From: Minisyncoccota bacterium
GTDB lineage: Bacteria; Patescibacteriota; Minisyncoccia; Phycocordibacterales; UBA9973
Direction of reading: 5' to 3'
DNA length: 54,583 bases
Assembly: GCA_036517215.1 (NCBI GenBank)
Contig: DATDXF010000026.1
Span: 1-54,583, forward strand
Under the pieces are notes generated by a model. It searched no databases. It was given only the letters and a program-made list of their open reading frames with translations, and was not told the origin of the DNA. Below, in pieces: positions 36,572-45,687 of this stretch (positions are counted from its first letter, which is position 1; each line of letters begins with the position of its first letter). Position numbers and translations under genes: made by a program.

Positions 36572-38014
36572 ATGCAAAAAATAAAAGCGAAAAAAACTCG
36601 CCTTAGCTCGTCGAGGCAGGTAAAAAAACCCAAAAAGAAGCAAGGTAAAAACTGGCGTAAATTTTGGAAACTCGGAGTGGAAGATTTTAACACTCAGTAT
36701 TTTAATATAACCAAGGACGGCGAGCTTACCGTGCAGGAGGGCAACTATGTCTACAACATAAATGATATCGTACAAAAATACGGCACGCCGACTGAAATAG
36801 TTTTTCCGTTCATATTAGAAGAACGGCTGGAGGATCTGCAGGATTATTTTCGCGCTTTCATGAAGATCCAGAACTACAAAGGTAAATTCTATTATCATTA
36901 CCCTATGAAGGTCAACCAAAACAAAGAATTCATCATGCCGCTCATTTCCGAAGGCGCCCATATGGAAGTGGGCTCCGTCAACGAGCTGTGGCTCGTGAAA
37001 AAGCTATGGGAAGGCGAGAAGTTTAACACGAAAATAAAAGTTTTTTGCAACGGCCCGAAAACGGATGCGTATATAGCCCTTATCGAAGAATTGCGCACAA
37101 AAAACCTGTCCATCATACCTATCATCGAAGACGAGCACGAACTTACGAAGCTCGCCAAATACAAGGGGGATGTCGGTATCCGGGTTAATTTAGATACAAA
37201 GGCAGACACTCACTGGGATAAGAAAGTAGATCGTTTCGGATTTTCGACCAAAGAAATACTGGATATGCCTAAAATGAAAAACTTGAAAGTTCTGCATTAT
37301 CATATAGGCTCTCAGATCATGAGCGCAAAGAGCGTTCTAATGCCCATAGAAGAGGCAATGGATTTGTATATTAAGCTGGTAAAGACCCAGCCCTCTTTAG
37401 ACACGCTCGATATCGGTGGCGGCTTTGGCGTGCCTTACGAGAAAAAGCCCTTTTATGGTGCGCGCAAAATGTCCGAGAAAATAGTGAAGCTTTTGAAAAA
37501 GAAGAGCGATGAAGCCGGCATCCGCCACCCGAATATTGCCGTAGAGTGGGGGAGGTACATTGTGGCTCCGGCCCAGCTCACAATTTATAGTATTATCGCG
37601 GAAAAGCCCATTCCAAAGGCGAACGCCAAATCCTGGTATGTGATTGACGGCAGCTTCATGAATGACCTACTGGATACCTGGGCTATTCACCAGAAGTGGC
37701 ATATAGTTCCGGTCAACAACGCGAATACTACCGCGCTCAAAAGCGTCTGGCTGGCCGGCAGTTCCTGCGACTCGGATGACAAATATACTTCCGGTGGCAA
37801 CTACGTTCTCATGCCTAAGCTCAAAGAGGGAGAGCCACAGTATCTAGCCATCTTTGACTCCGGCGCTTATCAGGACGCTCTGGCTTCGCACCACTGCCTG
37901 CTGTCTTCGCCGGCAAAGCTAATCGCGCAGGATGGTACAATAAAAATTGCCCGCAAGCGGGAATCGCCCGAGTCCATAGGAAAACTTTTTGGCTGGAACG
38001 GAGATCACAAATAA
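36572..38014 (+). CDS. speA: PLP-dependent fold-type III decarboxylase, arginine decarboxylase (SpeA)-like, short form
   Basis: YHYPMKVNQ (PLP lysine context as in SpeA), HYHIGSQI, DIGGGFGVPY, GSSCDSDD. N-terminal W....YFNITKDGELTV is as in SpeA. Confidence 0.7.
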   Translation: MQKIKAKKTRLSSSRQVKKPKKKQGKNWRKFWKLGVEDFNTQYFNITKDGELTVQEGNYVYNINDIVQKYGTPTEIVFPFILEERLEDLQDYFRAFMKIQNYKGKFYYHYPMKVNQNKEFIMPLISEGAHMEVGSVNELWLVKKLWEGEKFNTKIKVFCNGPKTDAYIALIEELRTKNLSIIPIIEDEHELTKLAKYKGDVGIRVNLDTKADTHWDKKVDRFGFSTKEILDMPKMKNLKVLHYHIGSQIMSAKSVLMPIEEAMDLYIKLVKTQPSLDTLDIGGGFGVPYEKKPFYGARKMSEKIVKLLKKKSDEAGIRHPNIAVEWGRYIVAPAQLTIYSIIAEKPIPKANAKSWYVIDGSFMNDLLDTWAIHQKWHIVPVNNANTTALKSVWLAGSSCDSDDKYTSGGNYVLMPKLKEGEPQYLAIFDSGAYQDALASHHCLLSSPAKLIAQDGTIKIARKRESPESIGKLFGWNGDHK

Positions 38015-38076
38015 TCAAGGACCGGCTTAAACTTAAATTCCGGGAACAAAGCCATATTTATATATAAAAAAGAAAA

Positions 38077-38110
38077 TCCCCCGCTTTGGGCGGGAGACTC
38101 TCATTTTTTT
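38077..38110. terminator. Bidirectional hairpin terminator between speA and the rnpB 3' end
   Basis: CCCGC-TTTGG-GCGGG, with a T-run on the plus strand (38104-38110) and a T-rich run on the minus strand. Confidence 0.5.
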
Positions 38111-38510
38111 ACAGGCATCTATAAGCCGAATTCTGTTCCGCCAGCCGGCGGACCGACTGACGACGATAGTAATTTATCTAGGCCTAAAATTGCTCTTAGG
38201 CTCAAGCGATTCTCCCCCACACCTTTCGGAACGATGCGCATCTGCGCGTTGCCTTTGGCAACTTCATTCTGAAAGGTGTGGGGGCGCGATCTTGCACAGA
38301 GGTAAGGGTTTAGCCGTTTCACCCCGATGTTTCCATCAGGCTACCCCCGAAGGGGCCCTAGCCTTTCGGCGTCGGCGTCTCTGCTCGCACCTATGCATTG
38401 CTGCACACGGGGGTTACCCGCTACCATTTCCATCCCTTACGGGATTCGCTGTGTTCGGACTTTCCTCCTTAAAAACAAAGGCTTCTAAGGCAACTATCCG
38501 ATGCCTGCCT
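38111..38510 (-). ncRNA. rnpB: RNase P RNA (bacterial type)
   Basis: The minus strand carries the P4 strands GGAGGAAAGTCCGAACAC (complement of ~38446-38470) and ACAGAATTCGGCTTATAG (complement of ~38120-38137). P1 pairing is CAGGCATC / GATGCCTG at the two ends. About 400 nt. Confidence 0.9.
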
Positions 38511-38514
38511 GGGC

Positions 38515-38566
38515 ATTATACCCCTTTTGCTTTTCGCTTGCAATTTTTTTGCATCTATGCTATACT
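38515..38566. promoter_or_regulatory. Divergent promoters sharing one palindromic -35 hexamer
   Basis: TTGCAA (38538-43) is its own reverse complement. Minus strand: 17-nt spacer to TATAAT (complement of 38515-20), driving rnpB. Plus strand: 17-nt spacer to TATACT (38561-66). Confidence 0.55.
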
Positions 38567-38572
38567 AGGGTC

Positions 38573-38650
38573 GTGAGTGTGAGGTTGTTCTCACATTTAT
38601 CGTAAAACAACATAAGTGCCGCAAAACCCCGCTTTGGCGGGGTTTTGTTT
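38573..38650 (+). ncRNA. Candidate ~80-nt small RNA (promoter to terminator unit)
   Basis: Starts about 7 nt after TATACT. Internal hairpin GTGAG...CTCAC. Ends at AAAACCCCGC-TTTG-GCGGGGTTTTGTTTT. No ORF. Confidence 0.35.
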
Positions 38651-38691
38651 TGTTGTTTGTGCAATTTTCACTCATTTGTTATAATTAGGGA

Positions 38692-39699
38692 ATGATACAA
38701 AAACATTCACAGAGTGAACCGCACGATGACCGTTGGCATTACCTGGAGGACAGAGATGAAAAGCACTTGGAGAATTATGTGGAATGGAAGTATTTTAATT
38801 TTACCCAAAAAGACCTTTCTGGGTACATTATTTACTATGTTTTTGACCCTACGAATAAATCCGGTTTCGGCGGCGGCAGGCTTTTGGTCAGAATACTGAA
38901 AGACGGGAAGTCCTATGGGCTCATAAAGAAAATCAGCATGAACGACATCGAGCTGGACGATATTTCCGCATCCATGCGCATGGCTACGGCTAAAATAACC
39001 GAAAAAAGTCCTTACCATTACGAAATAGACTCCACAGCCCCCGATTTATCCTGGAACCTAAATTACATACAGCATGCCCCTTCAATTGAATCATTTGAAC
39101 ATATTCACACCGGACTTGTGCGATGGGAAAAAGTTAACTGGCTTATAAAAATGCCGAAAGCGAAAGTTACGGGAACTATTAAAATAGGCGCAGAAAGTTT
39201 CAACATTGACGGCCTCGGATACAGCGACACCAACTGGGGCGAGATGGTGCCGATATTTACCAAATACGAATGGGGGCAATACAACGACGACACTTTTTCT
39301 TTGGTTTTTGGCGTGCTTTACGGAATGGAGAAAATAGAGTTAACTTATTTTTATCTGGTCCTGGGGGAGCATTTGGTAAAAATTGAAAATGAACATTGCG
39401 AAGTGGAGCATTTGAAATGGGAAGAAGACGAAGATATAGGCATAAAGATACCGGTCAAGAACCGTTTTCTAGTAAAGAACGAAGAATATGAAGTGGAATT
39501 CTTTACCACGCTCATATCCCGGGATAATCCCGGATTGAAAATCCACCCGCTCCTGCCGAAGGTTGTCGTATCGGAACAGATAGTGGAATACGAAGGAATA
39601 GTGAAGAGAAAAGGGGTTGTTATCCATGAATTCAAAGGGCGGGGATTCGAGGAATGGTCAGGCAAGACATGGAAAGACATACCTCTCGCTTTTAATTAG
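38692..39699 (+). CDS. Hypothetical protein (335 aa), beta-rich
   Basis: Long clean ORF. TTGTGC, 17-nt spacer, TATAAT ending 6 nt before the ATG, so possibly a leaderless mRNA. No family recognised with confidence. Confidence 0.55.
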   Translation: MIQKHSQSEPHDDRWHYLEDRDEKHLENYVEWKYFNFTQKDLSGYIIYYVFDPTNKSGFGGGRLLVRILKDGKSYGLIKKISMNDIELDDISASMRMATAKITEKSPYHYEIDSTAPDLSWNLNYIQHAPSIESFEHIHTGLVRWEKVNWLIKMPKAKVTGTIKIGAESFNIDGLGYSDTNWGEMVPIFTKYEWGQYNDDTFSLVFGVLYGMEKIELTYFYLVLGEHLVKIENEHCEVEHLKWEEDEDIGIKIPVKNRFLVKNEEYEVEFFTTLISRDNPGLKIHPLLPKVVVSEQIVEYEGIVKRKGVVIHEFKGRGFEEWSGKTWKDIPLAFN

Positions 39700-39708
39700 G
39701 CAAAGCAT

Positions 39709-40503
39709 ATGAAAATAAAATTTTTACTGGCGTTGCTTGCTTTTTCCGTAGGAGGGGTTCTCTATCTGGTATTTTATTACAGCCTGGATCCCGCCCTCCT
39801 TACCAAGCTTTCTTTTTACGCGAACCTGGCGAACCCTTCAGTGCGCATAGTGAAGATACAGGAAGGACTCCGGAAAGAAGAGGTAGCCGACGTTATGGCC
39901 GGAGCTCTAGGTTGGAGCGATAGTGAAGTAAAAGATTTTATAAACATACATCTGGCGCTAAACAGCGCAAACATGGAGGGGCGCTATTTCCCAAAAACCT
40001 ACATGATCAACAAAGACGAAAGCCCTTCCGAGGTTACCGCCACGATGTTCGGTGAATTCTCAAAGCAGACAGGGAAGATAAAAAAACCGGAATCAAAAAA
40101 AGTCATCAACGAAGACACCGTGCTAAAGATAGCTTCCATAATCCAGCGTGAAAGCAACGGCAAAACTGACATGAAACTAATATCGGGGATTATATGGAAC
40201 CGCATTTTTAGCGGGATGAAATTGCAGATAGACGCTACTCTCCAGTATGCAAAAGGAAATGAAGAGGACGGCTGGTGGGAAGAGGTCAAATCCGCGGATA
40301 AAAAAATAAAATCTTCCTACAATACTTACATGCACGCCGGTCTGCCGCCTGCCCCCATAGCCAACCCGGGCCTCTCTGCCATAGAGGCTGCCTATAACCC
40401 GCAAAAAACAAACTGCATTTTTTATCTGCACGACAAAAACAGGCAGATACACTGCACGAAGACTTATGAAGAGCATAAGAAGAATATTAGTATATACTAT
40501 TGA
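39709..40503 (+). CDS. mltG: Endolytic murein transglycosylase MltG (YceG-like)
   Basis: N-terminal TM segment. EGRYFPKTY, ASIIQRESNGKTDM, ISGIIWNRI...LQIDATLQY, YNTYMHAGLPPAPIANPG. Confidence 0.9.
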   Translation: MKIKFLLALLAFSVGGVLYLVFYYSLDPALLTKLSFYANLANPSVRIVKIQEGLRKEEVADVMAGALGWSDSEVKDFINIHLALNSANMEGRYFPKTYMINKDESPSEVTATMFGEFSKQTGKIKKPESKKVINEDTVLKIASIIQRESNGKTDMKLISGIIWNRIFSGMKLQIDATLQYAKGNEEDGWWEEVKSADKKIKSSYNTYMHAGLPPAPIANPGLSAIEAAYNPQKTNCIFYLHDKNRQIHCTKTYEEHKKNISIYY

Positions 40504-40729
40504 GGTGGACTTCATAGGACTCTATTGGGACCAAATTGTATCAGAATTACACGAATGGAATAAGGTAATAGTCTTTGCTCGGTCCCTAAATATCAGCCCT
40601 GTTTTGTCTTAATTAATAACGACCGGCTTCAGTATGGCAGAATTTGTTAGCATTTTCAATGACTCGACTCCGAACTTGGGACAACGTTCGTGAAGGCATA
40701 ATTGATGATTTATGACTGCTTTTGTTCAA

Positions 40730-41380
40730 TTATTTCAGATGTTCCACATACAGCTTTTCTGTCTCTGTAAACATCCATTGTATAAATTTTAGTACTTTTG
40801 GATGAAAATCACAAAGATTGAAATTGAAATTAGATAGCAATAAAATTAAATGCTTTCCACTCCAACTTGTTGCACCGCCTTCTAGGCTTAAAAGAACTTC
40901 TGTATGTAAACTATCATCTTCCCCGCGAGGATAGTCAATCGAACGATGGGATGCCCATTTATTAGAAAGTGTGTTTGCCATTCCTTCTTTCTCTATAATT
41001 GAGTCCCATATTTCTTTTAACTCTAAATCTTGTGGAGGGGTTAGTTTTAAAGAATTAATAAAAAAGCTAGCACGTCGTAGCTGACAAAGATATGCTTGTA
41101 TCTCGAATTTTATACTTGCTTGTGCTTGTTTAACCTCAACCCATTCTTCATCTGTGCGATATCTCTCTATATAAAGCGCAGGGACCCCTTTTTCTTCTAA
41201 TTTCTTAAAATTTGTAAAGTGATATTCCAATGCTTCAGGTAAAGCCCTTTGAAACGTAAAGATTTGGAAATTCTTTAAACCTTGCCACTTCTTTTTGTCC
41301 GCAAGATTTTTTTCTGCTGATTGTACAGGTACAAAAGTGCTTATGAGAATTTTTTTGGGAAAGTTGCTTTTCTTTGACAT
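40730..41380 (-). CDS. Hypothetical protein (216 aa), fourth gene of the unknown operon
   Basis: ATG lies 5 nt after the upstream stop. No recognisable family. Confidence 0.6.
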   Translation of the reverse strand: MSKKSNFPKKILISTFVPVQSAEKNLADKKKWQGLKNFQIFTFQRALPEALEYHFTNFKKLEEKGVPALYIERYRTDEEWVEVKQAQASIKFEIQAYLCQLRRASFFINSLKLTPPQDLELKEIWDSIIEKEGMANTLSNKWASHRSIDYPRGEDDSLHTEVLLSLEGGATSWSGKHLILLLSNFNFNLCDFHPKVLKFIQWMFTETEKLYVEHLK

Positions 41381-41385
41381 AGAGG

Positions 41386-41949
41386 TTAAATTTCTTTTAT
41401 TTTAAACCCTAATATAGTTTCAACCTCCTTTTTATTTAATACTCGAGATTCATCAGCGTAAGCATTTGGAAAGAAATCGACTTTATCTTTTACAATAATA
41501 ACGAAACACCCTATATTGTTTCTTATATAAGTTGAATACTTGCCTTTACGACCGGCATAAGTAAGGTCTTCCTCAACCTTTTTAAACTGATGTAAACCCT
41601 CAATAGCATATTTGATTACCTCTGTTATTACAAAGTCAGTTCTAAAAATCAAAATAGTTTTATGACCGGGATAATTTTTAAATTTATCATTAGCAGACTT
41701 AATATGGTCAGCATATCGCTGGTTCATTTTTGTTAGATCGTGAGACGCTGTATATATAACACCTTCCTCTTTAGGGAATACTGTCTTATAATTAGTGTCG
41801 TCTTTGATTTCAATAGCCACTTTAACTGCATGGTTTACAATATCAGCTTTTTTTGTGTTACCATTTTCCATGTCTCCATCAAGCCAGCCAACACTGGTTT
41901 TGTTTAATCTAAACAAAAGATGTTTTTTGAAAATAGCTTCATCAATCAT
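41386..41949 (-). CDS. Hypothetical protein (187 aa) with a PD-(D/E)xK-nuclease-like motif
   Basis: KADIVNHAVKVAIEIKD has the D-x11-E-x-K spacing of the restriction-endonuclease fold. This rests on a motif only. Confidence 0.45.
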   Translation of the reverse strand: MIDEAIFKKHLLFRLNKTSVGWLDGDMENGNTKKADIVNHAVKVAIEIKDDTNYKTVFPKEEGVIYTASHDLTKMNQRYADHIKSANDKFKNYPGHKTILIFRTDFVITEVIKYAIEGLHQFKKVEEDLTYAGRKGKYSTYIRNNIGCFVIIVKDKVDFFPNAYADESRVLNKKEVETILGFKIKEI

Positions 41950-41964
41950 ATACAGATTTTTTTA

Positions 41965-43227
41965 TTAATCACTTTCTTTTTTAATACTTTCTAAGACTTC
42001 AGGAGGAAAACGTGGCCATTTTCCTTTTTTTGATAGAACTTTACGCGATAGAATCATGTGGGCATTTTCATCGCTATTAATTTTAGTTCCCGGAGGTATA
42101 GGCTTAGCTTCCTTTTCAAATCGCCTCATTTCTTCCAAGAGTCCATCATTAACTTTACCGCTTGGCGGCCTGTATTCCTTGGCATTTTCTCTCCACTTTT
42201 TGGACATATGCTTATCCCATAGTCGAGTAATTAAAAATTTATCGTCCTGAGGTGGATACGGAGCGAATCTTATAAGCCCTTGGTTTTTTACTTCTTCTGG
42301 TAAGGCGCTGTAATGTTTATCAAGATTAATTAAATCTTCCTTTAAATCTTTCCCTAGAACGAAGCTCTGGTTATCTCGCAAAAAGAATGGAACTATATCT
42401 GCATGAAGTTTGTCATTTGAAGTGAAAACCATACAAAATGGTAAATAATATAAATAAGCTAAATCAATCTTATGACTTGGCCTGCCTCGGCTAATAAGAT
42501 CGGATGCAATACCTAAATTAAAGAATAGGTCTATGGAAAAGACATGGGTAAAATATGGGGCAAAGTCTTTAACTGAAGGTTTTCCAGACTTTCTCCATCG
42601 AGTTCCAATTTCTATTAGAAACTTGTCCGATACCCCCATAAGTGTAAGGCCAAAAATAAGCACTCTTTCTTGGTCTGGCCCATCAATGTAAAAATCAACA
42701 AATCTTTTTACATCGGCAAGTGTTTTAGGTTTTCCCATAGGAAAAAAGGATTGAAAGAATTCATACTGATCCTCGAAATTTATATTAGACAATCCTTCTC
42801 TCCATTTTTTTGCTCTTTGACGTTCTAATTGTAAAAATTCATGGTTGTGCCAGCGTGATAAAGCTTCTTCTTCTGGTGCTTGTTGAAATATGACCCCCAT
42901 TTTTCCTGCCAGTTCTACAGACTTTCCTCCGCCAATGTGAGGTCTACCAAATTCCATATCTATACTGGCTTCTCCAGCTAACTCTCCCTCCAGTAATGTT
43001 CTGTGGTGAATATTAGGTTTTGAGTGAAAATCTGGAGTTTTAAAAGCTAGATTTCCTACTACATCTTCCGGAGTTCTTCCTGCCCTTACTTCTTTTTCAA
43101 GATCAGCCAGTGTTTCAATAAAGAAAATTGGAGTTATATTTGATAGGTAAAAATGGTCAAGAAGTCCTGCTTCGTCAATGTTAAGACCCTGAAGTGATGA
43201 CTTGTCAAAAATAAGTATAGGACCCAT
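41965..43227 (-). CDS. Hypothetical protein (420 aa) with PIN-like N- and C-terminal elements
   Basis: ILIFDKSSLQGL...FFIETLADL near the N-terminus and MVFTSNDKLHA later resemble PIN acidic-residue strands, with a large insertion between them. Low-confidence call. Confidence 0.4.
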   Translation of the reverse strand: MGPILIFDKSSLQGLNIDEAGLLDHFYLSNITPIFFIETLADLEKEVRAGRTPEDVVGNLAFKTPDFHSKPNIHHRTLLEGELAGEASIDMEFGRPHIGGGKSVELAGKMGVIFQQAPEEEALSRWHNHEFLQLERQRAKKWREGLSNINFEDQYEFFQSFFPMGKPKTLADVKRFVDFYIDGPDQERVLIFGLTLMGVSDKFLIEIGTRWRKSGKPSVKDFAPYFTHVFSIDLFFNLGIASDLISRGRPSHKIDLAYLYYLPFCMVFTSNDKLHADIVPFFLRDNQSFVLGKDLKEDLINLDKHYSALPEEVKNQGLIRFAPYPPQDDKFLITRLWDKHMSKKWRENAKEYRPPSGKVNDGLLEEMRRFEKEAKPIPPGTKINSDENAHMILSRKVLSKKGKWPRFPPEVLESIKKESD

Positions 43228-43273
43228 ATTTTGAATAATACGCTGGAATGCATGAAAGTAAAGAGACTTTTTC

Positions 43274-44077
43274 TTAAAGAATTATATTCTTACTATTTAA
43301 CTTTGAGAAATTATCAACTTTTTTATGTCTAACGATCATACTTGCCATTATATAAATTGTACCTATGGCAGTTGTAAAGTGGTGCATATAAAATCCTCCG
43401 TATAATTCATACTTGTATGATTCTAACTTGTCGGGATTTTTTGCTTCCCAATATCCATCTTTATTTATTTTGCCAACTGAAAGATGTGACATAAAATTAG
43501 GATGCCCAAAGTTACATACATCTTCGTAAATTGTACGCATTAATAATTTTCCTTCCTTTATCTTTTTTATTTCTTCATCATCTATGGTTTGAGATAAATC
43601 AATTTTCTTTAAAACCAAATCTAATTTATCAAACATAGTTAAAACATTTATGGGCTTAAGCTCAATTTCTGTTGTTAAACCACCTTGATGAGCAAAAACC
43701 ATTTTGCGTAAGGCATCTTTAAGTTCCTCTTCTGATTTATCTTCATAAAGAATATAGGTTATATAACCGAGTTGTGCCGGAATTTCGAGAAAGGCTTTCG
43801 CGAGAGCATAAAATGCTGGAAAATTATTAGTGTTTAGGGCATGTACCATTTGGTCTTTTAAGAAAAGAGACCTAAGTAATGTTTGGCTTAAAAACATCTG
43901 TATTCTACTTTGAAAAAATGTTTCGAAATTAGTTTCAGGGCCGATCTTTATATTGTCGTATATGTACTTAAGAATATTTTGCTTATAGTCATCTATCAAC
44001 TTAAAATCTTCTTGAACCATAGCTGGATCTACCATTGGATCAACTTTAAACTTTTCAATTTTAGTGTTGAAAAACAT
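43274..44077 (-). CDS. Hypothetical alpha-helical protein (267 aa), first gene of the unknown operon
   Basis: Clean ORF. Contains an R-x5-H (RKMVFAH) that could be a HEPN-type motif, but this is weak. Confidence 0.55.
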   Translation of the reverse strand: MFFNTKIEKFKVDPMVDPAMVQEDFKLIDDYKQNILKYIYDNIKIGPETNFETFFQSRIQMFLSQTLLRSLFLKDQMVHALNTNNFPAFYALAKAFLEIPAQLGYITYILYEDKSEEELKDALRKMVFAHQGGLTTEIELKPINVLTMFDKLDLVLKKIDLSQTIDDEEIKKIKEGKLLMRTIYEDVCNFGHPNFMSHLSVGKINKDGYWEAKNPDKLESYKYELYGGFYMHHFTTAIGTIYIMASMIVRHKKVDNFSKLNSKNIIL

Positions 44078-44359
44078 TAATGATATTTTATCAAAAAATT
44101 ACCTTTATAGAAATGCTCCCTATTATAAACAAACTCAGAACTTCTGTTAATTGGGCTAATGTTAAGAGCGAACTTCAGTTTAGTGGTATTCATGAGTTAT
44201 TTTCAATACCTAAACCAAAAACAATTTTACTTTAACATATTAAAGAAAAGAGAAAAAAGGCACAAAAAAGAGAAAAGAAGGAGTGTTTTCTAACAACATA
44301 TATAAATCAAGCTATTTCTAATTTCAAACAACTTACTTAACATTAATTTTTTATTTTAT

Positions 44360-44890
44360 GTTTGGGTTATGGGTAAGGGGTCTGGGCGAAGGTTGATTAT
44401 GGTCCTAAACAAGATATTTTATATTTTTGTTATTTCCATAGATTCTTTCTTGGGAGCTCCGCTTAAACATCTGATACCAGGCATAGGTATACCTTGTGTT
44501 GTGCGCCTCGTGCTTGCCCCCCCTCAATCCCCCCGTAGAATGTGCAAATAGACTTTCGTTTCCTACTCGTTGCTATCAACCCTTTATTGTTGTTTTCTCT
44601 CAACAGGGTCTTATCAATCTCGCTTACTTGGATCCCTAAGGATTGACTACCTTTACTAATTCCAAGCCACGACTAGAAATTCGGTGTGATTGTCTGGCTA
44701 CAATGTGTCTGGCACACCCAACGTCGTTTCATTTATCCTATGTGACGTGTCGATTGACTACATTCACTGTGGGTTTTTCTCTGAAGTCCCCCATTTCCAT
44801 GAGTTCCTCCTCGAGTCATACAAGATCCTTATGAGAACTTATTGCACCAGGCGCTGTATGATGAGTCCCTGCCTATAGCACAATACTTAA
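44360..44890. ncRNA. Candidate structured non-coding RNA or degenerate remnant in a ~1 kb ORF-free spacer
   Basis: No protein-like ORF in any frame. The core is visibly G+C-richer than the flanking island DNA. Contains G-runs/C-runs and several local helices. Strand undetermined. Confidence 0.3.
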
Positions 44891-44898
44891 CTTCTAAA

Positions 44899-44958
44899 AC
44901 AAAAAACCTTTTCAGGACGTATCTAGAATTCAGATACATCGTGAAAAGGTTCTTTTCC
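44899..44958. terminator. Long bidirectional hairpin terminator
   Basis: AACCTTTTCAGGACGTATCT-AGAATTC-AGATACATCGTGAAAAGGTT forms a ~20-bp stem with 2 mismatches, flanked by an A-run and T-rich runs. Confidence 0.6.
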
Positions 44959-45070
44959 TAATATATCCTTATTCTATAAGTCCTGGTTAGCAATAACTAT
45001 TGACTAACACATACATTATAGCATAATTTTAAGCAGAAAACAAATAGTTTTCCTACACTTTATCAAAATT

Positions 45071-45673
45071 TTATTCCTCACTTTCCATCCTCTGTCTGCG
45101 TTCATCAAGTGTTTCGCCTTCGTACATCCAATAAGCTGTTCCTTGTGGCATATAATCATAATTAAGTAATTTTTGCGCAGAATTAGATAATCTTGTCGTT
45201 TCTCCATTTAATTCAATAAAACGATTATCTATAACTTTTGCCTTTATATTTTCATCACGACTGAAAACTATTTCTGATCCAGCAGGGATATCAACCATAT
45301 CAAATCTAAAAGGTGGTCTTCTTTCTCGAACCTCATTCAATGCTTTTTGATCTTCTTTGTTTTCCACAATGTCTTTCTTGGGAGTTATGTTTTCTATTTC
45401 CGCTAGTTTTAACGCAGAAACAACTCGCTCTGGATCAATTTTAAAAAACTCTCTTCTTGGATTTATTCTGTTATTATCAAAAGCGTCATGTAACTGATGC
45501 TCGACAAATGCAGAATCTTTTACAGTACAAGCATAAAAACAGGTAAACGGAAGCGGAATACTAGTGGAGGCGCTGAGCTCTTTTATTCTTTGTTCAAAAC
45601 TTGTTGAGGTTTTACCTATTTTTACATATCCCGGCATTGCCTCGTTTGTTAAAATGTAAATAATTTCGATCAT
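45071..45673 (-). CDS. T5orf172 / GIY-YIG-like (MUG113-type) domain protein with an uncharacterised C-terminal domain
   Basis: IIYILTNEAMPGYVKIGKTS...RIKELS...PLPF...LHDAF...RREFF is the T5orf172 pattern. Begins 14 nt after the res stop. Confidence 0.7.
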   Translation of the reverse strand: MIEIIYILTNEAMPGYVKIGKTSTSFEQRIKELSASTSIPLPFTCFYACTVKDSAFVEHQLHDAFDNNRINPRREFFKIDPERVVSALKLAEIENITPKKDIVENKEDQKALNEVRERRPPFRFDMVDIPAGSEIVFSRDENIKAKVIDNRFIELNGETTRLSNSAQKLLNYDYMPQGTAYWMYEGETLDERRQRMESEE

Positions 45674-45687
45674 AGGTTAATTTTATA

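Noticed and set aside
44369-44878. Small plus-strand ORFs 44369..44551, 44643..44834 and 44690..44878
   Set aside because: Their composition (Cys/Arg/Ser/Leu-rich) is not protein-like. They have no SD and overlap each other. The region is treated as non-coding.
44360-44890. Possible tmRNA, group II intron remnant, retron msr/msd or type III toxin-antitoxin RNA repeats in the island spacer
   Set aside because: I found no tRNA-like acceptor/T-arm ends, no domain V-like GAGC...GAAA hairpin, no adjacent reverse transcriptase and no tandem repeats. The region is kept only as an unclassified ncRNA candidate.
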